A stretch of DNA of 64,000 nucleotides from Octopus bimaculoides (GCF_001194135.2 NC_068994.1:43476294-43540293); one strand, 5' to 3'. Counted from the stretch's first letter, positions 23,635 to 38,512 are shown. The notes: generated from the sequence alone by a model not told the origin. Made by a program: numbers and translations.

Positions 23635-26488
23635 CCTATCTATCTATCTGTCTGTCTATCTATCTATGTATCTATCCCCAATCTTAGAAGGTATCAAGCA
23701 AGTATTTTATTGAATAGTGGTTGCTTTAGTTTATATCTGAGAATTTTTTCTTTCTTTCACTGTATGTATGTATGTGTGTATGTATCTATGTATGCATGCT
23801 TGTATGTATGTATGTATGTAAGTATGTATGTGTGTGTGTATGTATCTATGTGTATGCATGCATGCATGTATGTATGCCTGTATGAATGTGTATATGTATG
23901 TCAACATTCAGTTTTATTTAAGTATTCTCATGCATATAGTTACATATCTAGACATGCTCATATGTATGTATGTATATGTGCAGATTTGCATGTTTTGTTT
24001 TATATATGTATTCTCATGCATCAATATAATGAGTTCAAATCAGCATAGAATATATTGTAAGTATAATCATTCATTCAAAATATTATCACAATCATTAGCA
24101 ATAACATTTGCCCACCTCAAAATCAGTTTTTTGATTCCTCAGACAAAAAGAAAGTCAGGCTCTTTAAGAGAGAAAATGTTTGGAATGCCATTTTGACATC
24201 GTCCCTGCTTGTGAGTATTTTTCCACATGTAAAGTGTTCAAGTAATCTGAGTCAATTGAACATCTGATGGTCTTAGGGTAGAGTTTTCCAGCCTAATGAA
24301 TTTATCTTTTTTGGGTTACCTTCATTGAATGTGGCCTTTATTCATAAGGAACAGCTCATACAGTACCCACTGCCCTTCTCTATATACTTTCCTAATCTGC
24401 TTGAGATCATCTTACACAGTGCCACAAGGCTTATCAAACCTCCAGAATAAATCTCCAATGCTGTGGCATAGATTCTCTTCCAACAGCTTAGGCCAGTTTG
24501 TTTTTTATGTACCTAAATAGCTCTACTGAAACAAATACATTGAACTTGAACCAACGTTCCTTTTTTTCAATTTTTTAACCTTATTTTTCCTCATCTTTTC
24601 TCCTCCATTATTTTTATTTTATTTATTTGTTTGTATGTTTATTCATTGATTTATTTATCATATCTTCAATTTTTTTACCATATGGTTTGTTAATTTAAAT
24701 ACTATGGGATGGTCAACTAAATTCGTTTAGTAAACAGATCTTGTTTTAGAAAACAAAACTGTATGATATCATTCTCTTATTTTATCTTTTTACTTTTATT
24801 TTTTTGCTTTTATTTTATTTATTTATGTGTTGTATTCTTTCTATGAATTCATATTAATCTAGTCATTGCTTCCTGAAAGCAATCCATATCTGCTGAATGC
24901 ATTTATTGTCTGTGGGTATATAATGAGACTATTTGCTATTTGTAGCTGAGTTGATGCTATAAAATGTTCTGAAGAGTAGTTTGTTAGTTATGTTACAGTA
25001 CAATTATATATATGAGTGAATATATGTATGTGTATATGTGTGTGTGTGTATATGTATGTGTGTGTGTGTGTGTGTGTGTTTGTGTGTGTTTGTGTGTGTG
25101 TGCTTGTGAAGGCTGATGTAGCATCAATTATACAAGTACCATGGATTATGAAACAACTGTCAACAAATGGAATAAAAATCTATTCTCTCACTTCACTTCT
25201 CTTATTTGATCAATTTATATGTATGTATGTATGTATGAATGAATGCGTATATACACATATATCAATACAATGATAGATGATGTATATGCATGTGTGTATG
25301 TGTGTGTACATGCATACTAACCTAGAAAAATTAACTGGAAGGTTATGGCTAAAATGTCTTTGACCATAAGTTTGTTCAAAGTTAATATAAGGCTAAACAT
25401 CAAAAACAACAAATTGAATTCCTCCATAATACTTCCTATAGAAACCCTTCTTAGAACATTTTATATATCCTTATGGCATACTGTGAATATCCACTCTGTT
25501 CCAGAAGACACTGAGTTCACATGTTTACTAGATTTGCCTTCAGCATGAATAGGCTGATGTTGAATTAAAAATACCTACAAGAAACTGGATTTCCTCTAAA
25601 ACAAAGATCAGAAGTAAAGTAAAATAATGTGGAATACATCACATTTAATCAATAGGTGAAAGAAAATGAAACACAGCCATGTTTTAAATTATAAAACAAA
25701 TATGAAAAAATAGTTGTTAGATTCTAAAAAAAAAAAAAAAAAAGTGAGTGAATTAAAAGTAAAATATGAATTAAAACAACAACAACACATTAATGCTCAT
25801 TAAATTTAAGGTTATAGTGAAATAAAACAGCAAAACGTGAAATAAAGAAAGAAAATAAATGTAAAATAGTGAAGGGAGCCCAAAACACGCATTTAATGAA
25901 TGTAAATCCATAACCTAAAGGCAGACAGCAGAAAGATATTTTTAGTGTAAACATGCGTTAAAAGAGAAGTTTTTCAATTAAAAGTTTCTCACTAAAAGAG
26001 CAGCAGCCAATTTCCAAATAGACATGGGAAAATGAACAACAAAAAAAAAATGGTAAGCCAATTAAATGAACGCTTGATACAAATGTTACACTTTTAAAAA
26101 AAATTTTAAACAAATTTTTATTTTTATTAACTTATTTCTTTATTTAAAGCTAAAAATGATTTAAAGCTCGCCTGATAGGAACAGAGCTACAGTGAGCTAC
26201 AGAGACAAATTTGGATCCAAATGGAAAATATAATTAGACATCATAGTTAAAAGCTGAAAATATGGTGTATGAAAGTATTCCAAGGTGAGGTGGAATACAT
26301 CTAAAGCTAGTTAACTGTACATAAATCATTAGGGAACAGGAAAATATAGGATAATACCACAAAAGGTCCACCATGATGTTATATGCATAGTTGATATACA
26401 AATGGTCAAATGGTGAAATATACAAAACAAAGTTGGCCTTAGTTACATGTATATATATATATAAGCTGAAAGAAGCCCATCATATATA

Positions 26489-26547
<59 letters not shown>

Positions 26548-27194
26548 NNNNNNNNNNNNNNNNNNNNNNNNNNNNNNNNNNNNNNNNNNNNNNNNNNNNN
26601 NNNNNNNNNNNNNNNNNNNNNNNNNNNNNNNNNNNNNNNNNNNNNNNNNNNNNNNNNNNNNNNNNNNNNNNNNNNNNNNNNNNNNNNNNNNNNNNNNNNN
26701 NNNNNNNNNNNNNNNNNNNNNNNNNNNNNNNNNNNNNNNNNNNNNNNNNNNNNNNNNNNNNNNNNNNNNNNNNNNNNNNNNNNNNNNNNNNNNNNNNNNN
26801 NNNNNNNNNNNNNNNNNNNNNNNNNNNNNNNNNNNNNNNNNNNNNNNNNNNNNNNNNNNNNNNNNNNNNNNNNNNNNNNNNNNNNNNNNNNNNNNNNNNN
26901 NNNNNNNNNNNNNNNNNNNNNNNNNNNNNNNNNNNNNNNNNNNNNNNNNNNNNNNNNNNNNNNNNNNNNNNNNNNNNNNNNNNNNNNNNNNNNNNNNNNN
27001 NNNNNNNNNNNNNNNNNNNNNNNNNNNNNNNNNNNNNNNNNNNNNNNNNNNNNNNNNNNNNNNNNNNNNNNNNNNNNNNNNNNNNNNNNNNNNNNNNNNN
27101 NNNNNNNNNNNNNNNNNNNNNNNNNNNNNNNNNNNNNNNNNNNNNNNNNNNNNNNNNNNNNNNNNNNNNNNNNNNNTATACATATATATATATA

Positions 27195-27660
27195 CCCCCA
27201 GCATGACTGCAGACTGTTCAGGTTTACACCTGTAACTATTAGGACCCTGGGATATGTAACACACTGCCTAAATACCAATCTTGAAAGATTAGGCTTCTCA
27301 AAACCGAAAAAGGAGAAAGCTGATATGAAGACTACAGATCCAATCCATCACTGGAACTGTAAAAATCTGTAGAACTTACCAGAAGTTTATCATTTAAGTA
27401 TATATGAGAATGTCTAGATATGAAAGTATATGCATGAGAAGACATGCATAAAACAAAATATACAAATCTGCACCAATATTTACATACATACATACATACA
27501 TACAAACACACACACACACACATATACAACAGCTGGTTACAACTCTTGTGGGAAGCATCATGTTTGTTGGCGAGGTGAGAGGTTCAAAGTCCAGAGAAAG
27601 GACAGAAGAAGGGATTTGAACATAGAATGCACAGAACTTGAATAAAATCCCATAAGGATG
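27195..27660 (+). mobile_element. 3' end of an RLE-type non-LTR retrotransposon (ORF C-terminus plus 3' UTR)
   Basis: Reads FRFTPVTIRTLGYVTHCLNTNLERLGFSKP then, after a frameshift, RRKLI*RLQIQSITGTVKICRTYQKFII* (stop at 27395-27397). This resembles the C-terminus of restriction-like-endonuclease LINEs. A related inverted 3' UTR-like fragment lies near 23890-24010. Confidence 0.65.
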
Positions 27661-28299
27661 CTTATCTTTCTTTGATGCTTTCATGATTCTATCATTCCAT
27701 TACTGTAGACTGATACTTTATTTTAATAACACCCCGAAAGTAAAAAAAAAACAAACAAAGTTGGCTTTGGCAAGGTTTGAACTCAAGAAGGAGAGAGTCG
27801 GAACAGATATTGCAAAGCATTCCAAGAGACATCTCTAACCCTAACCCTGCCTTTGTTAGTTCACCACCTTCAGATGACCATACAAACTATATAATAATAA
27901 AATTCAAATGTGATACAGATTTGGGTGGAGATAAAAGTGCATAAACAACAGTGATTAATATCATCTATATTTAACAAATATATTTCAACATCAAAGATGC
28001 GTTAATGTTATGTCAAACATTCCTGAAACTGTAGTAGCATATCAGAATTCTTACTTTTATATCTAATTTCTTCTTTTCACTTTTCATTAACTGTTTAATT
28101 TTATTATATCCACAATGCAATACCCTGAGGATATAAAGTCTTTTTATCATCAATTCTAATGTTTTTTAGCTCAGAGAACCATCTTTTGGTATGAGTTTTT
28201 TTTTTAAGGTAATCTTAGAAATGCAACTTATTTAATTATTAAATAATTTTATTGAATTTTTATTTATATATTTCTCTACTTTTTTACTTTTGTATGTGT

Positions 28300-28347
<48 letters not shown>

Positions 28348-28754
28348 TCTATTTTCTTTTTTCCTATTTATCTATATACAGATGACTACCAACATTTTCC
28401 ACTTATTACCAAATATGGTATTTTGCTGATATAGGCATAGGCATGGTTGTGTAACTGAGAAGCTCAGTTTGCAATCACATGGTTTTGAGGTTCAGTCCTA
28501 TTGTGCAGCACAAAGGAGTCTAATGCTCTTACCTTAGACTTGGGGGGGGGGGCAACCAGATCAAACCATCTCAAGCGTAACTGCCCGAAATGGTCTTGAC
28601 TTCTGGGACTTGACTGATGAAAGAAGTCCAAGAATAACTCAGTTCTTTTGCCTGTCATTCTAATTGTTGTTTCTCTTGTCCGCCTTTGTGTTGTCTATCT
28701 GTCCGAATGTTTTAATGCCCTCTATTGCGTTTTTGTTCCATTTTTATACACACA

Positions 28755-28787
<33 letters not shown>

Positions 28788-29054
28788 GCTCACACTTATG
28801 TGTATGCATTCAGACATATGCGTGCTGTCAATATATATATTTACCCTAGAATTTTATGGCTGATTTAGTGAAATGCTAATGTGAATGTTAAAAATTAATA
28901 TAAATAGCTAGGCACAATATAAAAACCAAAAAGGAAAAAGTTTTTGTGCATGTTTGTAAATGTGTACATATATATATATATAACAATATATATGCATATA
29001 TATATGTATGAGTGTATTTGAGCATATGCATATGTTTGTGTAGGTGTGTGTCTT

Positions 29055-29088
<34 letters not shown>

Positions 29089-30134
29089 TTTATGTTAGGG
29101 TTCAGCTTTGGAGGCCCTCCCAAGTGCTAGTTCTTTGCTGGTGTAGCTCTCAGGTTCACTACACAACAACAAGGACTGGACATTGCACTGGATTTTATAT
29201 CTTAGATGAACAATAAAATAACTAACTAAGTATTAGGGTCATATAATCAACCGGAATTATTGATGGCAGTACCCCAGTATGGCCACACCTCAATGACTGA
29301 AACCATTAGATGAGAAATAAATGAAGAATAGTACAGTAGATTAATAGACAGTTAAAATGCGGATAGTAACTTCTGTATAATGCAAACATTGCTACAGAAA
29401 TTCTATAGTATGATACTAGAACAATTATATGTTCCTGAATAAATAAATATATTTTATAGTATGGTGATATTGATTTGTCATATTGATAGAAATAGAAGGT
29501 ATAGTCAATTGAAATGATTTCAGCACATGATTGACACTTGTTTTATTGAACTCAATAGAATATAAAAGTGCAACGTTAAGCTCAATAGGACTGGAAATCA
29601 GAACATAAAGGTATGTTGCTAAATACAGAAAAGGGATTTACTTTGGTACCTGGTAACATCATTGCTGTTATATTAATGCTTTGTGAGAATGTAAATATGT
29701 ACTGCATAGTCATGTGGTGGTGGTTCTACATTCATGATGGGTAAAGTTTCTTTGTGTGTATGTGTGTCTGTATATATATATATATATNNNNNNNNNNNNN
29801 NNNNNNNNNNNNNNNNNNNNNNNNNNNNNNNNNNNNNNNNNNNNNNNNNNNNNNNNNNNNNNNNNNNNNNNNNNNNNNNNNNNNNNNNNNNNNNNNNNNN
29901 NNNNNNNNNNNNNNNNNNNNNNNNNNNNNNNNNNNNNNNNNNNNNNNNNNNNNNNNNNNNNNNNNNNNNNNNNNNNNNNNNNNNNNNNNNNNNNNNNNNN
30001 NNNNNNNNNNNNNNNNNNNNNNNNNNNNNNNNNNNNNNNNNNNNNNNNNNNNNNNNNNNNNNNNNNNNNNNNNNNNNNNNNNNNNNNNNNNNNNNNNNNN
30101 NNNNNNNNNNNNNNNNNNNNNNNNNNNNNNNNNN

Positions 30135-30177
<43 letters not shown>

Positions 30178-30219
30178 CACATACACTAAGGGATACTGAA
30201 AAGTTCCTGGCTTGAACCT

Positions 30220-30646
30220 GAATGTCTGCAAGTTTCAATGTTTTGAGATCGGCCATCAAAACTTCATCCCATGTTTTCCTGAATCTTCCTCTTCCACAGC
30301 TTCCCACTACCTTAAATGATCAGCACTTCTTTATGCAGCTGTCTTCATCCATCTGTATCACATGACCAAACCGGTGCAGTCTCCTTGCTTGCACACTGCA
30401 TATGATTCCTCTTATACCCAACTTCTCTCTCAATACACCAATGCTCTGTCACACATGCACACTGACATTACACACCCAGTGGAACATACCAGCTTCATTC
30501 CTCTCCAACTTTTGCATGTCCTCCACATTCAGGGTCTACATTTCACTACCATACAGCATTGCTGTTCATGCACATACATTACACAATCTTCCCTTCACTT
30601 GTAGAGAGAAACCTTTGGTTGCCAACTGAGGTAAAAGCTATTGTCT
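30220..30646 (-). mobile_element. Decayed RTE-clade LINE fragment (RT C-terminal region)
   Basis: The minus strand reads LATKGFSLQVKGRLCNVCA*TAMLYGSE..ERNEAGMFHWVCNVSV..LREKLGIRGI..RRLHRFGHVIQMDEDSCIKKC..GSCGRGRFRKTWDEV. These are the characteristic RTE motifs MLYGSETW, LRWFGHV and RGRPRKTW. Confidence 0.85.
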
Positions 30647-31860
30647 TAAAAAAAATATATAAGAGTACATTGTATAATATATTTCAAGATATACCTAAAG
30701 AGATATGACAACCTTGAATGAAATATTTTTGACTGAAGATCAGTGAATGCTGACCCAGGGTTAAAATGAAACAGTAACTATAACAACAACAACACCCATT
30801 ACTGTAAAATGTTCTGTTGTAATGGCAAGCAATGTGTTTGTTAAATAATAAATTAACTGTCATTCTGTTATTCAAAAAGATACAAAGACAATGTGTCTGG
30901 TGTCGTATAATAGAAAATTATTGTAAGAAGACATATCAATTATTACATAATAATGCAAGGAACTTTCTAACTTGTTTATGTGCTATGATGGAACCATTTC
31001 TTCATCACTTAGCATTTATAAGCAGAAACCATATGAAGTTTTGTAGTTTAACACAATAAGATTTTCACCATTAAGATGACATGTAGCATGAATTCAGTTT
31101 TGAAGTGCAAGTACAACAGAAGGGGACAGATATATGAATCAGTTAATTGGTTAGAGAAAAGAACGACCAAATGATATTACCCAGGGATGCTATCTGCATT
31201 TAGAATAACAGTCAAATTAGGGCTATTGTACTTAATTTAGGGAGAAAAAATCCCTTTCTAATTAATTTATTAATTAAAAATACTTATGCGATGAAAAGAA
31301 GAAAAACTTTGGCACAGTTTAGTTTGACTTTAGCAAGTAATAGAGAAGAATGGCTGTAAGCAATCTTGAAATATATTTTGGCAGATAGGTCTATATAAGT
31401 TACTTATGCAGAACTATGGACAAGGGAAAAATACTCAGGAATGTTGCCATCTATATATCATGCATAGTTATTAATGACATGTAGGGACACGGTATTTCAT
31501 TATTGAACCATAATATACTATAAAGTATATTAAACGATTTTTATAAGTCAATACTATGTTCTACTGTGTTAGCAGTGCATTTTAGATCAATTGTTAAGGT
31601 TATCTCTACAAAATATTTGTAGAGATAACCTTAGCAAGTGATGTAAAGAGCACTGCTAACACAGTAGAATATGGTATTGAGTTATAAAAAATGTTTAATA
31701 TACTTTATAGTATGTTTTGTTTGCATAATGGAATATCACGTCCCTACAAGTCATTAATATTTATGTACCAGCTACCAGGAATGTGTTTACTATGTAAAAT
31801 TGGTATATCCAATAATGTAACACAGCTACATTTAGTGGCTATTTAAGTAACGTGTTCATA

Positions 31861-32011
31861 GGTGCAGGAGTGGCAAGTAGCTTTCTTACCAACCACATGG
31901 TTCTGGGTTCAGTCCCACTGCGTGGCACCTTGGGCAAGTGTCTTCTACTATGGCCTCGGGCCGACCAAAGCCTTGTGAGTGGATTTGGTAGACGGAAACT
32001 GAAAGAAGCCC
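31861..32011 (+). mobile_element. tRNA-derived SINE, family A
   Basis: GGTGCAGGAGTGGC...GGTTCTGGGTTCAGTCCCACTGCGTGGCACCTTGGGCAAGTGTCTTCTACTAT...GACGGAAACTGAAAGAAGCCC, followed by a 25-nt tandem duplication at its 3' end (32004 and 32029). Confidence 0.85.
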
Positions 32012-32907
32012 ATCTCAATGACCAGTGAAGAAGCCCGTCTCAATGACCAGTGAGAGTGCCAGATGTAATTTGGCTTTTCTTCAACCTTTTTAATGGGATG
32101 TACTCACAAGCAGTCTTGTGCTCTGATGAGAATTTGTCATCTTTGATATAGGAAAAAGTGAACAGAATATTCACTGATATTGCGAATAGCTGCTTGACTG
32201 ATTAAAAATCTAGTGTATGCCATAAAGCAGTATTTAAATTAAAATAATGATCTGTGCCATGTTTGTCCGAAGGTAATGTGTATTACAAATTAGGCTGTGT
32301 TAAAACTGCATTATATGCTGTGTACTACATGAAAACTAAATAGTGAAGTATATGCTGTGAGCTGAAGAATATTAATTAAAGTAAGTTAAACTTTTGGTGA
32401 GGAAAAGGGATCATTAAGCTTCATGATTAGTTCTGGTCAAGAAACAAAGGCAGACAACCCAGAATTTTAAGAAACTGAAGTACAAATTAGAATGTAGGAA
32501 ATGCAGCAAGATGTAAATTCCAATCTGGCTGTATGTTGTGTAGTAAGGTATACTTCTCACTACATTGGCAACATACTATTTTTAATTAGTTTTAATTGTG
32601 CTTACTTCAGAGGTGCCTATTAGGAGATAACATATCATCATCATCATCATCATCATCGTTTTGCATTTTATTCCTCCATATTCATAAACAACTCGAATTT
32701 TTTTATCTATCCATGGGTTCACAAAAATCGACTTATAAATAAGAGAAAACTCGCAATTATAATCAGACACCATGAATTACATTTTGAAAAGTAATGATGT
32801 AACTCTTCAATGTTGTAAAACAAAGAATTGTCAGGATAAAACATTAGAGTTAACAACTATCAAACTTGGTGCAGAAGAAAATCGGACATTTCATTCCTAA
32901 TGACCTG

Positions 32908-32962
<55 letters not shown>

Positions 32963-33636
32963 NNNNNNNNNNNNNNNNNNNNNNNNNNNNNNNNNNNNNN
33001 NNNNNNNNNNNNNNNNNNNNNNNNNNNNNNNNNNNNNNNNNNNNNNNNNNNNNNNNNNNNNNNNNNNNNNNNNNNNNNNNNNNNNNNNNNNNNNNNNNNN
33101 NNNNNNNNNNNNNNNNNNNNNNNNNNNNNNNNNNNNNNNNNNNNNNNNNNNNNNNNNNNNNNNNNNNNNNNNNNNNNNNNNNNNNNNNNNNNNNNNNNNN
33201 NNNNNNNNNNNNNNNNNNNNNNNNNNNNNNNNNNNNNNNNNNNNNNNNNNNNNNNNNNNNNNNNNNNNNNNNNNNNNNNNNNNNNNNNNNNNNNNNNNNN
33301 NNNNNNNNNNNNNNNNNNNNNNNNNNNNNNNNNNNNNNNNNNNNNNNNNNNNNNNNNNNNAAGTGTGTACATATACCAATATATACATATATCAGTCAAA
33401 CAAGAAACCTCTTCATGGTCAGTGATCAGCTAAAAATGATAGCTCGATTTTCCTCTATTCGCATCCTACCATCTCAAATAATGGACAATGTTGTTGCATA
33501 TTTGCTTAAATGCAAAGAAGACAGGCTGGTCAGAGGTGAAATTCCTTTAATTATAAGTTTATTCGATAATGTATGACCAAGGGCTAAACAACAAGAACAC
33601 ACACACACACACACACACACAGAGATAGATAGATAA

Positions 33637-33679
<43 letters not shown>

Positions 33680-33898
33680 TGGGCACATATGTACTTGTTT
33701 ATGAGTCCCTGCTTATTTGTGTCTTCTGTCAGTGTGTGGATGTGGACAAATATGTGTGTGCAAAAATGTGTGTGTACGGGTGTGTCAGAGGGTGGGAAAG
33801 AGTGTTGACTTGCGTGTATGCGCGACTAAATATTTATTCAAATATTTATCATCTATTTTTGCAATAATTATCTTTCACTCTACAGTGCCTCCAATGAT

Positions 33899-33933
<35 letters not shown>

Positions 33934-33943
33934 CACACACACG

Positions 33944-33981
<38 letters not shown>

Positions 33982-34688
33982 NNNNNNNNNNNNNNNNNNN
34001 NNNNNNNNNNNNNNNNNNNNNNNNNNNNNNNNNNNNNNNNNNNNNNNNNNNNNNNNNNNNNNNNNNNNNNNNNNNNNNNNNNNNNNNNNNNNNNNNNNNN
34101 NNNNNNNNNNNNNNNNNNNNNNNNNNNNNNNNNNNNNNNNNNNNNNNNNNNNNNNNNNNNNNNNNNNNNNNNNNNNNNNNNNNNNNNNNNNNNNNNNNNN
34201 NNNNNNNNNNNNNNNNNNNNNNNNNNNNNNNNNNNNNNNNNNNNNNNNNNNNNNNNNNNNNNNNNNNNNNNNNNNNNNNNNNNNNNNNNNNNNNNNNNNN
34301 NNNNNNNNNNNNNNNNNNNNNNNNNNNNNNNNNNNNNNNNNNNNNNNNNNNNNNNNNNNNNNNNNNNNNNNNNNNNNNNNNNNNNNNNNNNNNNNNNNNN
34401 NNNNNNNNNNNNNNNNNNNNNNNNNNNNNNNNNNNNNNNNNNNNNNNNNNNNNNNNNNNNNNNNNNNNNNNNNNNNNNNNNNNNNNNNNNNNNNNNNNNN
34501 NNNNNNNNNNNNNNNNNNNNNNNNNNNNNNNNNNNNNNNNNNNNNNNNNNNNNNNNNNNNNNNNNNNNNNNNNNNNNNNNNNNNNNNNNNNNNNNNNNNN
34601 NNNNNNNNNNNNNNNNNNNNNNNNNNNNNNNNNNNNNNNNNNNNNNNNNNNNNNNNNNNNNNNNNNNNNNNNNNNNNNNNNNNNNNNC

Positions 34689-34966
34689 ATCATCATCATC
34701 ATCATCATCATCACTACCATCACCACTACCATCATCATCACAAACCTTGCTTGATTTAACATCTGCTGCACCAGTACATCATCATCATCACCTTATTATT
34801 GTCATCATCTTCATCTTCATCATCGTCATCGTCATCACTGTCATCATCATCATCATCATCATCACCATCATCAGCAGCAGCAGCATCATCATCATCATCA
34901 CTACCACCACTATCCCTGTCACATCTCCTACAAAATTCAACATCAGCACCACCACCATCATCACTG

Positions 34967-35003
<37 letters not shown>

Positions 35004-35040
35004 TATCATCATCACTACCACCATCTCTATCATTGTCATC
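34689..35040. repeat. (CAT/CAC)n trinucleotide tract; similar tracts at 20640-21000, 46875-47280, 48935-49270, 50345-50500 and 56330-56800
   Basis: Visible trinucleotide periodicity, which produces the poly-His/Ser/Ile/Val pseudo-ORFs in the track. Confidence 0.9.
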
Positions 35041-35297
35041 ATTGGAACCGCTGCATAGCTGTTCTACATGATAAAATTAGCAGCTACATCTCCCTCAAAT
35101 CACATCTATCATCTTAAATAAAAGGACATATTCAACGATATAGTCCTAGATATATTGTGCCTAAAATATAAATGAAATATAGAGAAAGAGACAGTTACAA
35201 TATTCAATGCTACAATGTCTGAGACAGCTTTTTCTTCAGGCTAAACAGTAACAGACAACATCGCCATCACCATCATCATAACCACCACCACAATCAC

Positions 35298-35335
<38 letters not shown>

Positions 35336-36059
35336 CTATTAAGCAATAACTGTCACTGTTTCTATGTCAGGTGTTAATATCTTGTTTCTCACACTGTTTA
35401 ATTAATTGTTGCTTTCCAGTACGACTGCCCTAATGATATGTGGTAAAATTGAAGTTAACAGATGTGATATTCTTACATTTCCCAGGTTTCTTTAGTTCTT
35501 TAGTTCTTCTGACCAGACTGGAGCACTGCCTTCAGATGAATTTTTTTTTATTTTTGTTTCTAAGTCCCAAGGAGGAAGGACAATACCTGAGACCCTATTT
35601 AAGACAATTTCGAGGCAAAGAAGAAGGTTCTCCACAATCCAGGGGAAGGTGTCTTCAAAATAGCTGAAAGGCTCACAACAGAGTGAACTTCACTTAAACG
35701 ATGACAATGATGATGATGATGATTGTAAGAATGATGTGAGGGGCCAAATTTGGTTGGTTTGAACATAAGACAGGTAGAATATTTCAGGCTGTATATGGCC
35801 AGTCTAAATGCAAAAGGAGAGACAGTGCTGAGAAAACGAATCCAACTGGAGAGACACAGCAAAGACTGCCCAGAGTCAGGAACAGTAAAGAAAAGTTATC
35901 AATGGCTAACACTCCGTATGGAGTAAGCATGTAAGTCTATGAATGGTCAAGTGTTCTCACCCATCTTAGTTGGATTATTTTTCAGTACACATAACATCTT
36001 TAGATGGCAGACCCTTAAATTGGTGAAGGCAGCTTTGTGTTGTTTGTAACCATTTATCA

Positions 36060-36275
36060 GATGGTTGACTCACGAAGGCCAGAAAGAAATGCATCTAGGT
36101 ACATTTTAAAGGTCTCAGCATAAAGTTTGACCAAGTTTTGTAGACCTTTAGGGAAAGGTAGTTGTATAATTAATTGTGGACCTTTAAATGCCAAAATGCT
36201 GTTGTTTGATTTCCTGATGGAAGAACTGGAGGAAGGGAGTGTTGTAGGGTCTGGGAGGATCTCCTATTCCACTTC
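36060..36275 (-). mobile_element. Highly decayed CR1/L2-group LINE 3' coding fragment
   Basis: A minus frame reads SILAFKGPQL..PKGLQNL..ETFKMYLDAFLSG, resembling the GPQLFN..LP..FK..LD.FL C-terminal signature of CR1/L2-group LINEs. Recognised by eye only. Confidence 0.4.
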
Positions 36276-36277
36276 CA

Positions 36278-36311
<34 letters not shown>

Positions 36312-37100
36312 ACGTCAAAAATTCAGAATGAGATTTTTGAGAATTATGGCATCATCAACAGCACAAATGTTGGAATATTCTCATCAGAATTCTTAAAGAA
36401 TAGAGATGTAAAGCATAGAGGCGTTTCCAGAAATATAGATGAGTGACTTTGGTTATTGTTTTCGTGTGTGGTGTAGTTGCGGTAGCACAACTACATCTTC
36501 TCTTTACACACACACATATAATACATCTTAAAAAATGTAAACGACAAAGATGATGATGATGATGATGTGTATATGTATATAAATATATGTATTCATTTAT
36601 ATATATGTGTGTGTGTGTGTATGTATGTACATGTGCATGTGTGTATATATATGTATGCACGTGAGTGTATACAATACATATATACATATATGTTCATGTG
36701 AAAATCACTCATGCCAGTGCCACATACGTAAGAGTGCACATGTTGGTACCACATTAAGGTACCTAGCACACACTGTAAAGTGATTGGTCTAAGGAAGGGT
36801 ATCCAGCCATAGAAGCCATGCCAAATCAGATTGGAACCTGATGCGGCTCACCTGCTTACCAGCTCTGGTCATACTGTCCAACCCATGCCAGCATGAAAAA
36901 TGGACGTTAAAGGATGATGATGATGATGATGATGAGGATGATGATGATGAGGATGATGATGATGGTGGTGGTGGTGGTGATGATGATGATGATGATGGCG
37001 GTGACGACGACAATGATGGCATGTATATCATCATCAGAGAGAGAGAGAGACACAGACAGATAGGTAGATAGACAGACAGGCAGACAGACAGACAAACAGG

Positions 37101-37161
<61 letters not shown>

Positions 37162-37605
37162 TTATGTATGTATGAATATGTATATAAGTAAGTATGCATG
37201 CAAAAATGTATAGTCTGTTATTTTGAATGTGTGAATTTATATACATGCATATGTAGATCTTTATGCATGCATGTTAGTAAGAAAACCTGAATATTTCTGT
37301 GTGAAAATTTTCACTTATGTTTACATATTTTTTTTTTGTGTATGTGTATATATGAGAGAGAGACAGAGAGACAGACAGAGACAGACAGAGACAGAGAGAA
37401 AGAGACAGAGAGAGAGAGAGAGAGAGACAGAGAGAGACAGAGACAAAGAGAGAGAAAGAGAGAGAGACAGAGAGAGGGAGAGAGAGAGATTGAGAGAGAG
37501 AGACAGACAGACAGAGACAGACAGACAGAGACAGACAGACAGAGAGACAGAGAGACAGTGACAAAGAGACAGACAGGCAGAGATACAGAATGAGAAAGAA
37601 ACACA

Positions 37606-37806
37606 GAGAGAGACACACTGAGAGAGACACACAGAGAGAGACACACAGAGAGAGACACAGAGAGAGAGACACACAGAGAGAGACACACAGAGAGAGACAC
37701 ACAGAGAGAGACACACAGAGAGAGACACACAGAGAGAGACACACAGAGAGAGACACACAGAGAGAGACACACAGAGAGAGACACACAGAGAGAGACACAC
37801 AGAGAG
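37606..37806. repeat. 14-bp minisatellite (CAGAGAGAGACACA)n within a compound GA/GACA/GGAT/TATG tract spanning about 37030-38110
   Basis: Directly visible, near-perfect 14-nt periodicity. Confidence 0.9.
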
Positions 37807-38448
37807 AGTGTGTGTGTGCATAGATGGATGGATGGATGGATGGATGGATGGATGGATGGATGGATGGATGGATGGATGTTTTTCCTGGTTTCACTTCAAA
37901 TTTCTCACCAATGAAGAAAGATCTAGTTTCTAGCATAAAAACAAGATTCTTTCATTGGAATTAAGCATCATCAACAGGATGTGTATAAATGTATAAATGT
38001 ATCCATATTTGTAATAAGTATTTAGTGCGTATGCATGTATGTATGTATGTATGTATGTATGTATGTATGTATGTATGTATGAATGAATGAATGTATGTAT
38101 GTATGTATGTATGTATGTACGTACGTATGTATTTTATTGTAAGTAACCTTGAATATGTGAACAGCTACTGCCTGGTATTAAGAAGTGAGATGAGGTATTC
38201 ATCCCAAGATAAAATGTAACACCGACTGATATCAATCTTCCTTTTACTTAAAACAGACATCAATTTCCTGTTATTCCATGATTTGCAATGATCATTAACA
38301 AATCACATATATTTTAATTTAATTTATACTCATTTTCAATACATTTAATTAAGATAAATATACTTCATTTTATTATTGACAGCACAAACACCCAGATATA
38401 CACAAACTTTCACATGTACATCTACATACATATATATGTGTGTGTGTA

Positions 38449-38512
<64 letters not shown>

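Noticed and set aside
25680-26220. AT-rich repeat-poor stretch with several TAAT motifs as a possible enhancer
   Set aside because: TAAT frequency is explained by base composition, and conservation cannot be assessed from one sequence.
27835-27848. TAACCCTAACCC telomere-like motif
   Set aside because: Only two units, inside a diverged SINE.
37271-37936. RE/RD-rich and LSVC-rich ORFs up to 220 aa
   Set aside because: They derive from GA/GACA repeats and a 14-bp minisatellite.
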